Shown here: positions 34,982-46,507 of the stretch, piece by piece
Layout of the letters: every line of letters starts with the position of its first letter
How positions within the stretch are numbered: the stretch's first letter is position 1
NCBI GenBank assembly: GCA_965222155.1
Contig: CBDCTH010000012.1
Coordinates: 2,336,001-2,400,000, forward strand
Source of the DNA: Gammaproteobacteria bacterium
GTDB taxonomy: Bacteria > Pseudomonadota > Gammaproteobacteria > Eutrophobiales > Eutrophobiaceae
Direction: 5' to 3'
DNA: 64,000 bases
Notes under the pieces: generated by a model
What the model saw: the letters and a program-made list of their open reading frames with translations, nothing else
Database searches by the model: none
What the model was told of the DNA's origin: nothing
Translations under genes and position numbers: made by a program

Positions 34982-35506
34982 TTATGTGGTTTGTTGTTCG
35001 CGGCGAGCATCAAGCAACCGCAGCAGTTTCGCCTCCGGTTCCGACAGGACACGCAGGAATTTGCCGAGCGGAGCCTGCAGTAAGCCCAGCAGCATGGAAC
35101 GCGCCTGGTCCAGGGAAGGCAAATTCGCGACGCTTTCAATTTCTGCTGAATCAAGTAACCGGCCGTCCAGGGAGATAAGCCTGACAACCAGCTTTTCATT
35201 TTCTTTAGCGAAGTCACGTATAACCTTCGCCGCGGACCCCGGCTCGTCATTGGAAAAGGCAAGCAGCAACGGACCCGTGAGCGTACTACGCATACAATCG
35301 AATTGCGTTCCCTCAAAGGCGCGGCGCGCCAAGGTGTTTCGAACCACCCTGAGATAGATGCCGGCGTCCCGGGCCGAGCGCCTCAAAGCGGTCATCTGAG
35401 CTACGTTCAACCCGCTGTACTCCGCGGCAATTACCGCCGGGGCTGCGGCAGCTACAGCGGCTACTTCAGCCACAACTGCCTGCTTCTGTTCCAGTGTAAG
35501 ACTCAC
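34982..35506 (-). CDS. rplJ: 50S ribosomal protein L10
   Basis: VVRNTLARRA; GTG start. Confidence 0.96.
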   Translation of the reverse strand: MSLTLEQKQAVVAEVAAVAAAAPAVIAAEYSGLNVAQMTALRRSARDAGIYLRVVRNTLARRAFEGTQFDCMRSTLTGPLLLAFSNDEPGSAAKVIRDFAKENEKLVVRLISLDGRLLDSAEIESVANLPSLDQARSMLLGLLQAPLGKFLRVLSEPEAKLLRLLDARREQQTT

Positions 35507-35521
35507 GCGCCTGTCTCCCGT

Positions 35522-36211
35522 TTATGCATCTGTCTGGTCAACCACAATGCCCGGCCCCATGGTGGTTGAAAGACTGATTTTTTTCAAATAAACACCCTTG
35601 GCGGTACTCGGTTTTGCCTTTTTCAGGTCCGCCAGCAGGGAGTCCAGATTTTTCAGCAGATCCTCTGCAGCAAACGAAGCCTTGCCTATTCCGCAATGAA
35701 TGATCCCGTTCTTATCCGTCCGGTAACGAACCTGACCCGATTTTGCGTTGTTCACCGCCTGGCCGATATCCTTGGTCACTGTGCCAACCTTGGGGTTGGG
35801 CATTAATCCTCTGGGACCAAGTAATTTACCCAGCTTGCCTACTACCGACATTGCATCCGGCGCGGCAATAACAACATTAAAATCCATCAGTCCGGCCTGA
35901 ATCTGTTCAGCCAGGTCTTGCATACCCACGTATTCCGCACCGGCAGCCTGGGCTTCATCGACCTGTTCGCCCTGTGCAAACACGGCTACTTTCACAACCT
36001 TGCCGGTTCCCTGAGGCAGAACGGTAGAACCCCTGACGATCTGGTCGGATTTTCTCGGATCAACGCCGAGGTTGATAGCCACCTCGACAGTTTCATCAAA
36101 TTTAGTCGTTGCTCCCTCCTTGAGCAGGGTAAGTGCCTCCAGCACGGGATAGGATTGTCCGGAGTTGATATTTTTTCTGGCTTCACGAGCTCGTTTGGAT
36201 ATTCCTGACAT
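35522..36211 (-). CDS. rplA: 50S ribosomal protein L1
   Basis: [15 protein letters not shown]; start corrected to 36211. Confidence 0.97.
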   Translation of the reverse strand: MSGISKRAREARKNINSGQSYPVLEALTLLKEGATTKFDETVEVAINLGVDPRKSDQIVRGSTVLPQGTGKVVKVAVFAQGEQVDEAQAAGAEYVGMQDLAEQIQAGLMDFNVVIAAPDAMSVVGKLGKLLGPRGLMPNPKVGTVTKDIGQAVNNAKSGQVRYRTDKNGIIHCGIGKASFAAEDLLKNLDSLLADLKKAKPSTAKGVYLKKISLSTTMGPGIVVDQTDA

Positions 36212-36212
36212 T

Positions 36213-36659
36213 TTATACAACCTCCGTCTCGATACCCATGCTCCTTGCCGTCCCGGCAATCGTGCGCACGGCTGCATCCATATCCACTGCAGTCAAATCA
36301 GGTTCCTTGGTCTTGGCAATCTCCTCCATTTGCGCCCGCGTTACCTTGCCGACCTTGTCCGTGTTGGGGGTTCCGCTGCCGCTATCGATACCGGCAGCTT
36401 TTTTCAGCAGATAGGAAGCCGGGGTGGTTTTTGTTTCAAACGAGAACGTCTTATCCGCGTAGACAGTAATGATTACCGGTACGGGCAACCCTTCTTCCGA
36501 ATTCTGGGTTTTTGAATTGAAGGCCTTGCAAAACTCCATAATGTTCAACCCATGCTGGCCCAGCGCCGGGCCGACAGGGGGACTCGGGTTAGCCTGCCCC
36601 GCAGGAACCTGCAACTTGATATAAGTGCTGATTTTTTTTGAACTGGTTTTTTTAGCCAT
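36213..36659 (-). CDS. rplK: 50S ribosomal protein L11
   Basis: [15 protein letters not shown]. Confidence 0.98.
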   Translation of the reverse strand: MAKKTSSKKISTYIKLQVPAGQANPSPPVGPALGQHGLNIMEFCKAFNSKTQNSEEGLPVPVIITVYADKTFSFETKTTPASYLLKKAAGIDSGSGTPNTDKVGKVTRAQMEEIAKTKEPDLTAVDMDAAVRTIAGTARSMGIETEVV

Positions 36660-36694
36660 GATTTACTCCTGTGGATAATACCGCAACATAAGCT

Positions 36695-37228
36695 TTACTC
36701 CTTCTCCACCTGGGTGAAATCAAGCTGTACCGGCGTAGAACGCCCGAATATCAATACGGAAACCCGCAAGCGGCTCTTTTCATAATTTACTTCTTCCACT
36801 ACACCGTTAAAATCCGTAAACGGTCCATCGTTCACCCGTACAACCTCGCCGGGTTCGAACAGGACCTTCGGTCTTGGTTTATCCACACCTTCCTCAACAC
36901 GCTGCAGAATGGAATCTGCTTCGGCAGTGGAAATCGGTACCGGTTTGTCCGTCGTCCCGCCGATAAAGCCCAAAACCCTTGGCGCCTCCTTAACCAGGTG
37001 CCAGGTCGCATCGTTCATTTCCATTTGTACCAGGACATAGCCGGGAAAAAACTTGCGGTCGCTCTTGCGCTTTTTGCCATCACGCATTTCCACAACTTCC
37101 TCGGTAGGCACCAGGATATCGCCAAACTGATCCTTCAGTCCACTCTGCTCAATGCGTTCCGTCAGCGTCCGCATGACGTTCTGTTCATGACCGGAATAGG
37201 CTTGTACTACATACCATTTATGCGTCAT
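36695..37228 (-). CDS. nusG: Transcription antitermination factor NusG
   Basis: [33 protein letters not shown]. Confidence 0.97.
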   Translation of the reverse strand: MTHKWYVVQAYSGHEQNVMRTLTERIEQSGLKDQFGDILVPTEEVVEMRDGKKRKSDRKFFPGYVLVQMEMNDATWHLVKEAPRVLGFIGGTTDKPVPISTAEADSILQRVEEGVDKPRPKVLFEPGEVVRVNDGPFTDFNGVVEEVNYEKSRLRVSVLIFGRSTPVQLDFTQVEKE

Positions 37229-37232
37229 CGGA

Positions 37233-37610
37233 TTACCCTCCCGGACCACCTATCAACTGTCTGATCGCCCAGCCCAGAACTGAATCCAGACCCCATAAAA
37301 TCAGGGCGGCCAGGATAACCACAGCTATCACCAGGAGCGTGGTTTGCATCGTCTCCTGGCGCGTCGGCCAAACCACCTTGCGTACTTCAACCTGGGCATC
37401 CTGCAAAAAATTCCACAACTGTCTGCCCGGTTCCGTCTGCAATCCAATCCAGGCGGCAACACCCACCGCCGCCAGTAATCCGGCAACCCGTAACGGCGTT
37501 GATTGATCATCAAAAAAGTAAAAGCCGACAACCGCAACGACGACGATAAACACCGCAATGACCAGTTTTACCAGGTCAAACTTCACGTTTACTGCCTCTG
37601 AACTCATCAC
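37233..37610 (-). CDS. secE: Preprotein translocase subunit SecE
   Basis: [13 protein letters not shown], three TM segments. Confidence 0.96.
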   Translation of the reverse strand: MMSSEAVNVKFDLVKLVIAVFIVVVAVVGFYFFDDQSTPLRVAGLLAAVGVAAWIGLQTEPGRQLWNFLQDAQVEVRKVVWPTRQETMQTTLLVIAVVILAALILWGLDSVLGWAIRQLIGGPGG

Positions 37611-37631
37611 TCAACCTATCCTATATTCGGA

Positions 37632-37713
37632 TGTTTGGGGTCAGAGTAAAAATACATATTGACAAACCAGAGCTACCTGCCAGCCCACTGTATTTTTACT
37701 CTGACCCCAAATA
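37632..37713. repeat. Long inverted repeat TTTGGGGTCAGAGTAAAAATACA...TGTATTTTTACTCTGACCCCAAA between tRNA-Trp and secE
   Basis: ~23-bp perfect arms, REP-doublet-like. Confidence 0.85.
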
Positions 37714-37735
37714 TCACCCAAATATCTTGTCTTGT

Positions 37736-37811
37736 TGGCAGGCCAGGAGGGAATCGAACCCCCAACCTGCGGTTTTGGAGACCGCCGCTCTGCCAATTGA
37801 GCTACTGGCCT
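37736..37811 (-). tRNA. trpT: tRNA-Trp(CCA)
   Basis: AGGCCAGTAGCTCAATTGGCAGAGC...CT-CCA-AA...GCCA. Confidence 0.96.
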
Positions 37812-37883
37812 TTATTTATCTTCCTCAGCGTAATTGCGACGTACGGCGCCAGGCCCTCTTGCAGCCTGCCGGCAGGTGAATTG

Positions 37884-39074
<1,191 letters not shown>

Positions 39075-39115
39075 ACAATATTCTCCTCAGATTGTTAAAT
39101 ATAATAAATTGTTCA

Positions 39116-39191
39116 TGGAGCCCATAACCGGAATTGAACCGGTGACCTCTTCCTTACCAAGAAAGTGCTCTACCGACTGAGCTATATGGGC
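39116..39191 (-). tRNA. thrT: tRNA-Thr(GGU)
   Basis: GCCCATATAGCTCAG...TT-GGT-AA...CCA. Confidence 0.95.
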
Positions 39192-39217
39192 ATCAACGCC
39201 CGCTTCTCCGCTGTTAC

Positions 39218-39291
<74 letters not shown>

Positions 39292-39376
39292 TAGGTAAAA
39301 CAGACCGGAAACTCTATCGTTTCAATGGTCGTCCGTAAACTTACCTTTGTTTATTTCCCTACCCCCCGCACCATCT

Positions 39377-39461
39377 TGGTGGAGGGGGTAGGATTCGAAC
39401 CTACGAAGGCGTCGCCAGCAGATTTACAGTCTGCCCCCGTTGACCGCTTGGGTACCCCTCC
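39377..39461 (-). tRNA. tyrU: tRNA-Tyr(GUA)
   Basis: GGAGGGGTACCCAAGCGG...CT-GTA-AA, long variable arm, CCA. Confidence 0.95.
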
Positions 39462-39480
39462 GGATTTAAGCAAGCCTGCT

Positions 39481-39509
39481 ATTTTGATATATTCCACAAA
39501 CGCTGTCAA
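39481..39509 (-). promoter_or_regulatory. Promoter of tRNA-tuf operon
   Basis: Minus strand TTGACA-N17-CAAAAT. Confidence 0.65.
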
Positions 39510-39751
39510 CACACCACATAAAAAAATATAACATGCAGATTTTCCTGGTACTTCCTGCCGACCGATCTGACTAAACAGATTTCTCTTTTTGCTCTATTAA
39601 TAATGTTCTATTCACTAGCCTGCTCACGGCCGACGTCACCATCTCCATATATAAATATGTTATAATCGGCAGCAGCAATTTTTCAATTTCGAATACACCT
39701 CGGTAGTAGGATCGTTCGGCGCCGAGCGTGATGACCAATAACAGGAAAACC

Positions 39752-39783
39752 AAAAGGGGACAGAATTAATTCTGTCCCCTTTT
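39752..39783. repeat. Perfect palindrome AAAAGGGGACAGAATTAATTCTGTCCCCTTTT
   Basis: GGGGACAG REP-like family. Confidence 0.85.
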
Positions 39784-39808
39784 TCTTGCTGTACCCCTTA
39801 TCCTTCCG

Positions 39809-41254
39809 ATGTCCCCGATACAGCCCGGTTACCTTTCCGTAACCGGCAAGTTTCTCATCTGTGTCTGTCTCCTCTCGCTGTCCTGTACCTGTGCCTGGGC
39901 GGGCGCGGCACAAGCTGAGAATGATAAAGCCGGGCGCGACGGACAGCCGGACACAACTGACGAACTCCCCCTGCTGGATGCCGAGCTGGCCCTGAACCTG
40001 GCCCGCAAATGGATAGCAGAGGGGCAACAGCAACAGGCGTTTGAACTGTTACGCCGAGTCATGCAGGCCGCCAAGGCCGAAGGCGATGTCGATACCACCA
40101 ATATCCGTTTCCTGGCGGCGCAGGCCTTGCTGAAGATGGGGCGCCCGGCTCATGCGGTGGTGATCCTGGGTCAACTGGCCGCCGAGCGACCTGATTTGAA
40201 TCGGGTACGTCTTGATTTTGCCTCCACGCTGTTCACGCTGGGGCATGACGAACAGGCTGAAACCCTGTTCCGGGAACTCCGGTGCGAGGAAGACCTGCCG
40301 GCGCCGGTACGGCGCAACGTGGAGGGGTTCCTGGAACGTGTCCGGACGCACCGGAGGTTCCAGGTCAACTTCGACTTCGGCTTCTGGCGCGACAATAACG
40401 TAAACCACGCGCCGGAACAGGACACTGTCCAGGTGTCTATATTCGGTGGGCTTGAATTCGAACTGGACGAACAGGCAGTGAAGGCCTGGGTGACGCGTAC
40501 CGGCCTGAACCTGCGCTGGCGTCATACTCCCGTACTGGGCGGACGCGCCTACTTCGAGACCCGTGCGGCCGTTGCCCGCAACACGGCCATCAACGCAGAA
40601 GAACATAACCGCACCTGGCTAAACCTGCCATCCGGACCGCGCTGGCGCTATGCCATGAACCTTGCAGGACAACGCCGGCCCGGTATGCTGCGCGCCGATA
40701 TCGGCGGCGAACAACGCTGGCGCGGCGGTGACAACTACGCGGTCAGCGGCTGGGCGCGGCTGGGACTGGACCAGACCCTGAACAGGAATTGGAGCGCCGG
40801 CGCATCTGCCCGTGTCTGGGAAACACATTATGACAAACTGGATAGCGACCTGGACCCGTTCGGGCAATCCCTGGATTTAAGCCTTGTCCGGCACCCGGGC
40901 CTCGGCTACCTGAAAGCAGGCGCACGAATCGCGCAGGAAACCACGGACCGCCGGAACCTGTGCTGGCAAGGGTGGGGAACATCTTTGGGTTACAGTACGA
41001 TACTCGGACAGAACTGGAACCTGGCTGCACAGGCATACATTGATGAACGGTATTACGAAGGGACATATCCGCTGTTCAGGGAACGCCGCAAAGACCAGAC
41101 CATCATCGCCAACTTAACAGTCTCCAACCGGGCGATAGCCCTGGCGGGTTACATGCCGGAGGTCACGGTAGGCTGGTCCCAAACCGACTCGACTATCCCG
41201 TGATACGACCGGCAGAATCGAGTCTTTATGCTCGGCCTGCGTCGATTGTTCTGA
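39809..41254 (+). pseudogene. Slam-like (TPR + DUF560 beta-barrel) outer membrane protein with in-frame TGA near the C-terminus
   Basis: Signal peptide, TPR segment RPDLNRVRLDFA, DNNVN barrel start; after TGA 41201-41203 the frame continues YDRQNRVFMLGLRRLF-stop. Confidence 0.7.
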
Positions 41255-41293
41255 ACCACAAGGATCATTTAATAGTTGGCAGATGCCCCCACC

Positions 41294-41385
41294 GCCATCC
41301 CGGGCTTGACCCGGAATCCGGTTAAACTAATATTCCTTATAAGGAGTTGTTTAATCGACTGGATTCCGGCATACGCCGGAATGAC
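41294..41385. repeat. REP doublet (REPIN-like) with AT-rich spacer
   Basis: GCCATCCCGGG...GGAATCCGG / CTGGATTCCGGC...GCCGGAATGAC; same family at 42883-43036, 47829-47921, 51565/56822, 63689. Confidence 0.75.
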
Positions 41386-41422
41386 GAAGGGAACGGAATG
41401 GCGGTGGAGGGATTGTGCCGGC

Positions 41423-41510
41423 ATGGTAGCGGCCTCCGTCGTACCGGACAGGGATTGTCCGGTATGGTAGCGGCCTCCGTCGTACCGGACAGGGATTGTC
41501 CGGTATCCAG
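41423..41510. repeat. 2 x 41-bp tandem repeat ending in a REP-like hairpin
   Basis: ATGGTAGCGGCCTCCGTCGTACCGGACAGGGATTGTCCGGT at 41423 and 41464. Confidence 0.85.
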
Positions 41511-41567
41511 GCACAGGGAGGTAAAAGAGCGAATGCCGACACCAACCGGAATTCGAGGGTGAGGATT

Positions 41568-42851
41568 TCAAACCTGCGCCAGCACTTCTTCCAGTACCGA
41601 TAACAGTAAATCCGCGTTGTCTTTGGAAAAAGGCAAAGGCGGGCGCATCTTCAGCACATTGTCGTACACGCCTATGTTGCTGATCAGCACCCCTTTATCT
41701 TTCATGGCGTTGACGATGATTTTGGTCTCGTCCGGCGCCGGCGTCTTTTGCTCCCGGTCTGTCACCAGTTCGACGCCGGTGAACAAACCGTGGCCGCGCA
41801 CGTCTCCGATCAGGTCGTATTCGGCCTGCAAGCTGCGCAACCCATCTCTTATATACTCTCCTACGACCAGGGCGTTTTCCTGCAGGTTTTCCTGCTCGAT
41901 GACGTCCAGTACCGCCATGCCGACCGCGCACTGCACCGGGTTGCCGCCGAAGGTATTGAAATACATGACCTGTTCCCTAAAATCGTTCACCAGATCAGCG
42001 CGGGCCACTACCCCGCCGACAGGGTGGCCGTTGCCCATGGGCTTGCCCATAGTGGCGATATCCGGCGTTACGCCACCAACCTGGTAGCCCCACATTTTCT
42101 TGCCGGTGCGGGCAAAACCGCATTGCACCTCATCGGCGATGTAGAGACCGCCGGCGCTACGGACCTGGTCCATGACCTGTTCCATGTAACCCGGCGGGAC
42201 GTTGGGAAGGCCCTCATTGGCGAAGATGGAGCAGATCAACATGCCGGCAAAACCGATGCCATCTTCCTCGAACTCCTCAATGGCTCGTTTCACCTCTGCG
42301 GCATAGGCGGCTTTCAGGGCGTCTCCTTCCAGTCCGTTCAGGGGCCGGTAGGTCTCGGGGAAAGGCACGGTTTTCACATTCGGGCTCGGAGACTTGCCGC
42401 CATGGAAGATACTGGATAATTCGTCCACCGCCGTAGTATTGCCGTGATAGGTGAAATTGGTACAGATAATGCCCTGCTTGCCGGTGGCCTGGCGCGCCAT
42501 GCGCAAGGCAATCTCGTTGGCTTCACTGCCGGTGCAGACGATAAATGCCATGGATAAGGGCTCGTTATGCAAGCCGGTCAGGCGCTCCGCATATTCCAGC
42601 ACCAGTTCGTGCAGGTAACGGTTATGTACGTTCAGGGTCTTCGACTGCCGGTACAGGGCGTCAACCACATGGGGGTGGCAGTGCCCCACGTTGGGCACGT
42701 TGTTATAGACGTCCAGGTATTTTTTGCCCGCAGCGTCATACAGCCAGACGCCCTCCCCTTTGACGATATGCACCGGTTCGTTGTAGAACAGGGGCGCGCC
42801 CGCGCCCAGCAGGCGGTAGCGTCGCTCCAGCAATTTCGCGTCAACTGTCAT
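41568..42851 (-). CDS. Class III PLP aminotransferase (AGXT2L/GabT-like)
   Basis: YHGNT, IADEVQCGFARTG, TMGKPMGNG, YFNTFGGNP. Confidence 0.9.
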   Translation of the reverse strand: MTVDAKLLERRYRLLGAGAPLFYNEPVHIVKGEGVWLYDAAGKKYLDVYNNVPNVGHCHPHVVDALYRQSKTLNVHNRYLHELVLEYAERLTGLHNEPLSMAFIVCTGSEANEIALRMARQATGKQGIICTNFTYHGNTTAVDELSSIFHGGKSPSPNVKTVPFPETYRPLNGLEGDALKAAYAAEVKRAIEEFEEDGIGFAGMLICSIFANEGLPNVPPGYMEQVMDQVRSAGGLYIADEVQCGFARTGKKMWGYQVGGVTPDIATMGKPMGNGHPVGGVVARADLVNDFREQVMYFNTFGGNPVQCAVGMAVLDVIEQENLQENALVVGEYIRDGLRSLQAEYDLIGDVRGHGLFTGVELVTDREQKTPAPDETKIIVNAMKDKGVLISNIGVYDNVLKMRPPLPFSKDNADLLLSVLEEVLAQV

Positions 42852-43045
42852 CTTGCTTTAAAGAACAATCTTCAGGCTTTGCCGTCATTCCGGCGTAAGC
42901 ATGTCCCTGCACGTAGTAAGCAGGGGCAGGAATCCGGTCAATAAAAAACTCATGATAATGTAAAGAATGTTCATCCACTGGATGCCGGAGCCTGCCCCTG
43001 CATGCCGTAAGCAGGGGTCAAGCCCGGCATGACGACGCAGGACCG

Positions 43046-44533
43046 TCATACCACGTAGCCCTCCTCTTTCAGCTTGCCCACTTCGCGCCGGAGCACATCG
43101 ATGGCCAGGTCAATGGTATCGATATGGGTACGGTATGACAAGATGGCGAAGCGGAGCATGTAGACATTATCGATCAGGGTCGAGGTCAGGAAGATCGTGC
43201 CATCGCGCCGCAATGCCTCAACCAGTCTTTTGTTGAATTCATCCACGTCACCTTCGACGTCCACGTACCGGAACACGAAGATGGACAACTCGGGTTCGGG
43301 ACCGACCTCAAAACCAGGCGCCGACTGCAAGCGCCTGTAGGCATACCGGGTCAGCAACAGCTTCTCGTTCAACATGGCGCGGAACGGGGCGACCCCTATC
43401 AGTTTGAGCGGCAACCACAGGCGCAAGGCGCGGAAATGGCGGGTCAACTCCGGGCTTACGTCCGAGGGAGATATCTCCTGCTTGTGGTATACCCTGTCCT
43501 GCAGATAGTCGGCCGTATAATAATGTGACCGATACAAGTGTTCACCGTCCCTGACCAGCGCCGCGCCCAGGCCGAACGGCGTATGCAGACCCTTATGGGG
43601 GTTCATGACTACCGAGTCCGACAGTTCTATCCCGCGGAAACGGTCCCGGACCATATCACACAGGATAAAGAAGCCGCCGTAGGCCGCATCCACATGGAAC
43701 CACAACCCATGAGTGCGTGTGACTGCACTGATCCGCTCCAGGTCGTCCACATTACCCAGGTCCGTAGTGCCGGCCGAACCCACTACCAGCCACGGATTGA
43801 GTCCTGCTGCCTGGTCGGCGCGGATCAACTGCGCCAGTGCGTCCGGGTCCATGCGGAATTGTGCATCGGTCGCTACGGCGCGCATGACACAACCACCCAG
43901 GCCAGTGATATGCAGGGCTTTGGCGACGCAATGGTGGGTGAACCGGGTGTAATACACTACCGCCCGCGAGTAATCCTCGGCTTTCAGGCCATGGGCTTCC
44001 CGGGCCGTTACCAGACAGGTCAGGGTGGCGATGCTGCCGCCCGAGGCCAGTATGCCTTTCGCCATATCCGGGGTGTACCCCACCAGCTCCGCCATCCAGT
44101 CCAGCAACTGGTATTCCATGCGCACGGCGCCGGGGGAACTGGAAAACTCACCGGCATATTCGTCCATCACTGCCGCCATGTAATCTCCCAGGGCCGAGTA
44201 ATACATGCTGCTCGGGGGGATATAGCCGAAGAACTTTCCGGATACCGGACTTAATGCCTGGTCATCGACGTTTTCCTTATAGATACGCAGGATTTCCTCG
44301 ATTTCCATGCCTCCCTCAGTGATGGGAGAATCATACAGGCCGGCGCCCATATCCTCGGTATAGATAAATGCCGGTCTGTCCGGGAGGGCTTCCAGGAATC
44401 GCTCGATGTATCCGTTGACCGCGGTCAACAGCTCACTCCGCCGGGCCGCATCCGGTTCAATGATGTCGGCCTGTTCAGCGAAATCGTTAATCTGCCGGAT
44501 CAGTTCTTGCATCGCTAATTGGGGACGACTCAC
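43046..44533 (-). CDS. Group II PLP-dependent (aromatic) amino acid decarboxylase
   Basis: SGGSIAT, AGTTDLG, HVDAAYGG, NPHK, SPELTRHFRALRLW. Confidence 0.88.
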   Translation of the reverse strand: MSRPQLAMQELIRQINDFAEQADIIEPDAARRSELLTAVNGYIERFLEALPDRPAFIYTEDMGAGLYDSPITEGGMEIEEILRIYKENVDDQALSPVSGKFFGYIPPSSMYYSALGDYMAAVMDEYAGEFSSSPGAVRMEYQLLDWMAELVGYTPDMAKGILASGGSIATLTCLVTAREAHGLKAEDYSRAVVYYTRFTHHCVAKALHITGLGGCVMRAVATDAQFRMDPDALAQLIRADQAAGLNPWLVVGSAGTTDLGNVDDLERISAVTRTHGLWFHVDAAYGGFFILCDMVRDRFRGIELSDSVVMNPHKGLHTPFGLGAALVRDGEHLYRSHYYTADYLQDRVYHKQEISPSDVSPELTRHFRALRLWLPLKLIGVAPFRAMLNEKLLLTRYAYRRLQSAPGFEVGPEPELSIFVFRYVDVEGDVDEFNKRLVEALRRDGTIFLTSTLIDNVYMLRFAILSYRTHIDTIDLAIDVLRREVGKLKEEGYVV

Positions 44534-44569
44534 GTTTTATTGAACGGACCTGTCCCCGATTGTCTACGC

Positions 44570-46315
44570 TCAGGCAGCAGCACCCTGCTCGAACAGGCTG
44601 TCACGCATGGGCGGTTTTGTCTTGGCCTGGATGCAGATTTCCGGGGGAATATCGAATACCAGGGCATGGTCGGGGCCGATGCCTTCTTCGCGCAGACAGG
44701 CGGCGACATCATCGTCCGCATCGGTAAACCCGGCCCGGCGATTAAACTCCCATTCATCTTCCAGGCACTGCCACCCCAGGTCGGCAATCAGCTCACGCGT
44801 CACCTCTTCGCCATAAAACAGGCTGTAACAGCGGCGTATTTCATCCAGGTTGGGCTGCATGAACTGGCACAGTCCGGACGAGTCGCACACCGCGTTGACG
44901 ATCTGCGCATTCTGGGAAGCACGTACCGCGTCTTCTCCCGCCAATTCAGGGTCGATTACCAGACCGGCGGTGTGATCGGCGCCCATGGCGCTGGTGGCAT
45001 AAGTCACGCCAGCAACCTTCAGCGGGCGCGGGTCCCAGGCAGGCAGGGCCTGCCCCTTGGCCACCGGGATACGGTGGTGGTTGCGATGTGTGCCGATGGA
45101 CAAGGCGCCGTTACCCACCAGCCTGCCGATTTCCGTGCCGCTGTCCACGTCGTTGCGCAACAAGGCCTTCGCCCCGTCCGCATCGCCCCATTCCATGCCG
45201 CCGGAATCCATGTACACGGCAATGGCCGCGCCCGTTTCGATGGTGTCCATCCCCAGATCATCACAGAGTCGATCCAGGTCGGCCACGTCCTCCCAGTTGT
45301 TGATCGCGCAACTGGAACCCAACAAACTGAGGGTCTCAAATTCCAGAGCGGACGTCACGTAGTTGCCGGACGCATCATGGATGATGTTGGAACAGCGGAC
45401 GATACAGCCGGACATGCAGTTGTGCATGCCGCCACCGCGTTCGGCAAACACCTCATGGATACGGGCCCCGTCCAGTTTGTCCACTTCCGGGTTCCTGCCC
45501 TCGGTCCGGTTCTTGTAGGGAAAGGTGTGTAACATGTTGGCCATGGGAACGCCGGTGCTGGTGCCGCCCCTGAAAATATTGTGACGGCCATCGCTTAAGT
45601 ATGTCTTGCTGAAGGACTTGTTATTGACGCTGAAGGCCTTGTTGTCGGCCGCCTGTCTGAGACGCGCCTTACCCGGGTCTATCAGCACCCATTTCAGGCA
45701 CTTGGAACCCATAACCGCGCCGACTCCGCCGCGCGCGGCATGGCGGGCAGGATGTCGGCCCTTGCTCTTGTCGGTAGTGGCGACTGATGCCGTTTTCAGC
45801 ATCATCTCTCCGGCAGGACCAATGCTGATAGCACAGGCGTCTTTGGAGCAGCCGGCCAGCAGCTTCTCGCAACTGGCATAGTTCCACAGGCCCTTGTATT
45901 CGTCCGCGCCGATCAGTTCCACTCCCTCTGCCGACACCACCAGACCCCAACGCCGCTCCCGGTCCGCAGGTTGGCCGGTCACGATAATGCCCCGGTAACC
46001 CAGCTTCATTAAATCCTGGCCCGGCTCGCCGCCGGTATTGGCTTCCTTTATCCCGCCGGTAAGCGGGCTTTTACAACCTACGGACAAACGCCCCGAGGTA
46101 GGCGCCGAGGTTCCCGACAGGATGCCTGGCGCCAGCACCAGGACGTTATCCGGACCCAGAGGATCACAACCCGGGTCACACTCATCCAGCAATATGCGCG
46201 CGGACAGGGAACGCCCCCCCAGGTACTTCCAGTCTGCCGGATAATCCTCAATCGAAACGGTCAAAGCCGTCATATCGACACGGATCATTTTGTCATTATC
46301 CCAAACCCCGGTCAT
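44570..46315 (-). CDS. aor: Aldehyde:ferredoxin oxidoreductase family (W/Mo-pterin, 4Fe-4S)
   Basis: KSPLTGGIKEAN, IGPAGE, RGGVGAVMGSK, CMSGCIVRC, CDDLGMDTI, DSSGLC; start set at ATG 46315 after GAGGAG. Confidence 0.9.
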   Translation of the reverse strand: MTGVWDNDKMIRVDMTALTVSIEDYPADWKYLGGRSLSARILLDECDPGCDPLGPDNVLVLAPGILSGTSAPTSGRLSVGCKSPLTGGIKEANTGGEPGQDLMKLGYRGIIVTGQPADRERRWGLVVSAEGVELIGADEYKGLWNYASCEKLLAGCSKDACAISIGPAGEMMLKTASVATTDKSKGRHPARHAARGGVGAVMGSKCLKWVLIDPGKARLRQAADNKAFSVNNKSFSKTYLSDGRHNIFRGGTSTGVPMANMLHTFPYKNRTEGRNPEVDKLDGARIHEVFAERGGGMHNCMSGCIVRCSNIIHDASGNYVTSALEFETLSLLGSSCAINNWEDVADLDRLCDDLGMDTIETGAAIAVYMDSGGMEWGDADGAKALLRNDVDSGTEIGRLVGNGALSIGTHRNHHRIPVAKGQALPAWDPRPLKVAGVTYATSAMGADHTAGLVIDPELAGEDAVRASQNAQIVNAVCDSSGLCQFMQPNLDEIRRCYSLFYGEEVTRELIADLGWQCLEDEWEFNRRAGFTDADDDVAACLREEGIGPDHALVFDIPPEICIQAKTKPPMRDSLFEQGAAA

Positions 46316-46507
46316 AACAGTCTCCTCAACTATAGCAGTAAGCTCATTATCACCAGTGCAACCTTCATAGTCCAACACTTTGTATCAACCCAGGAGCGCT
46401 TGCTGTTTGCAAGTGGAGGGTTTTAGGGACTATAGGTGTCAATCTACAGAGCCTGCACTCACCGTCAAAACGTGGCCTGTCCCTTTTTAACGAGGTAATA
46501 TGACAAC

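Noticed and set aside
39571-39753. Small ORF upstream of the tRNA operon
   Set aside because: No recognisable motif or RBS and it begins at a palindromic repeat.
41201-41203. Selenocysteine recoding of the TGA in the Slam-like gene
   Set aside because: Not a redox Cys position in a beta-barrel and no convincing SECIS hairpin follows.
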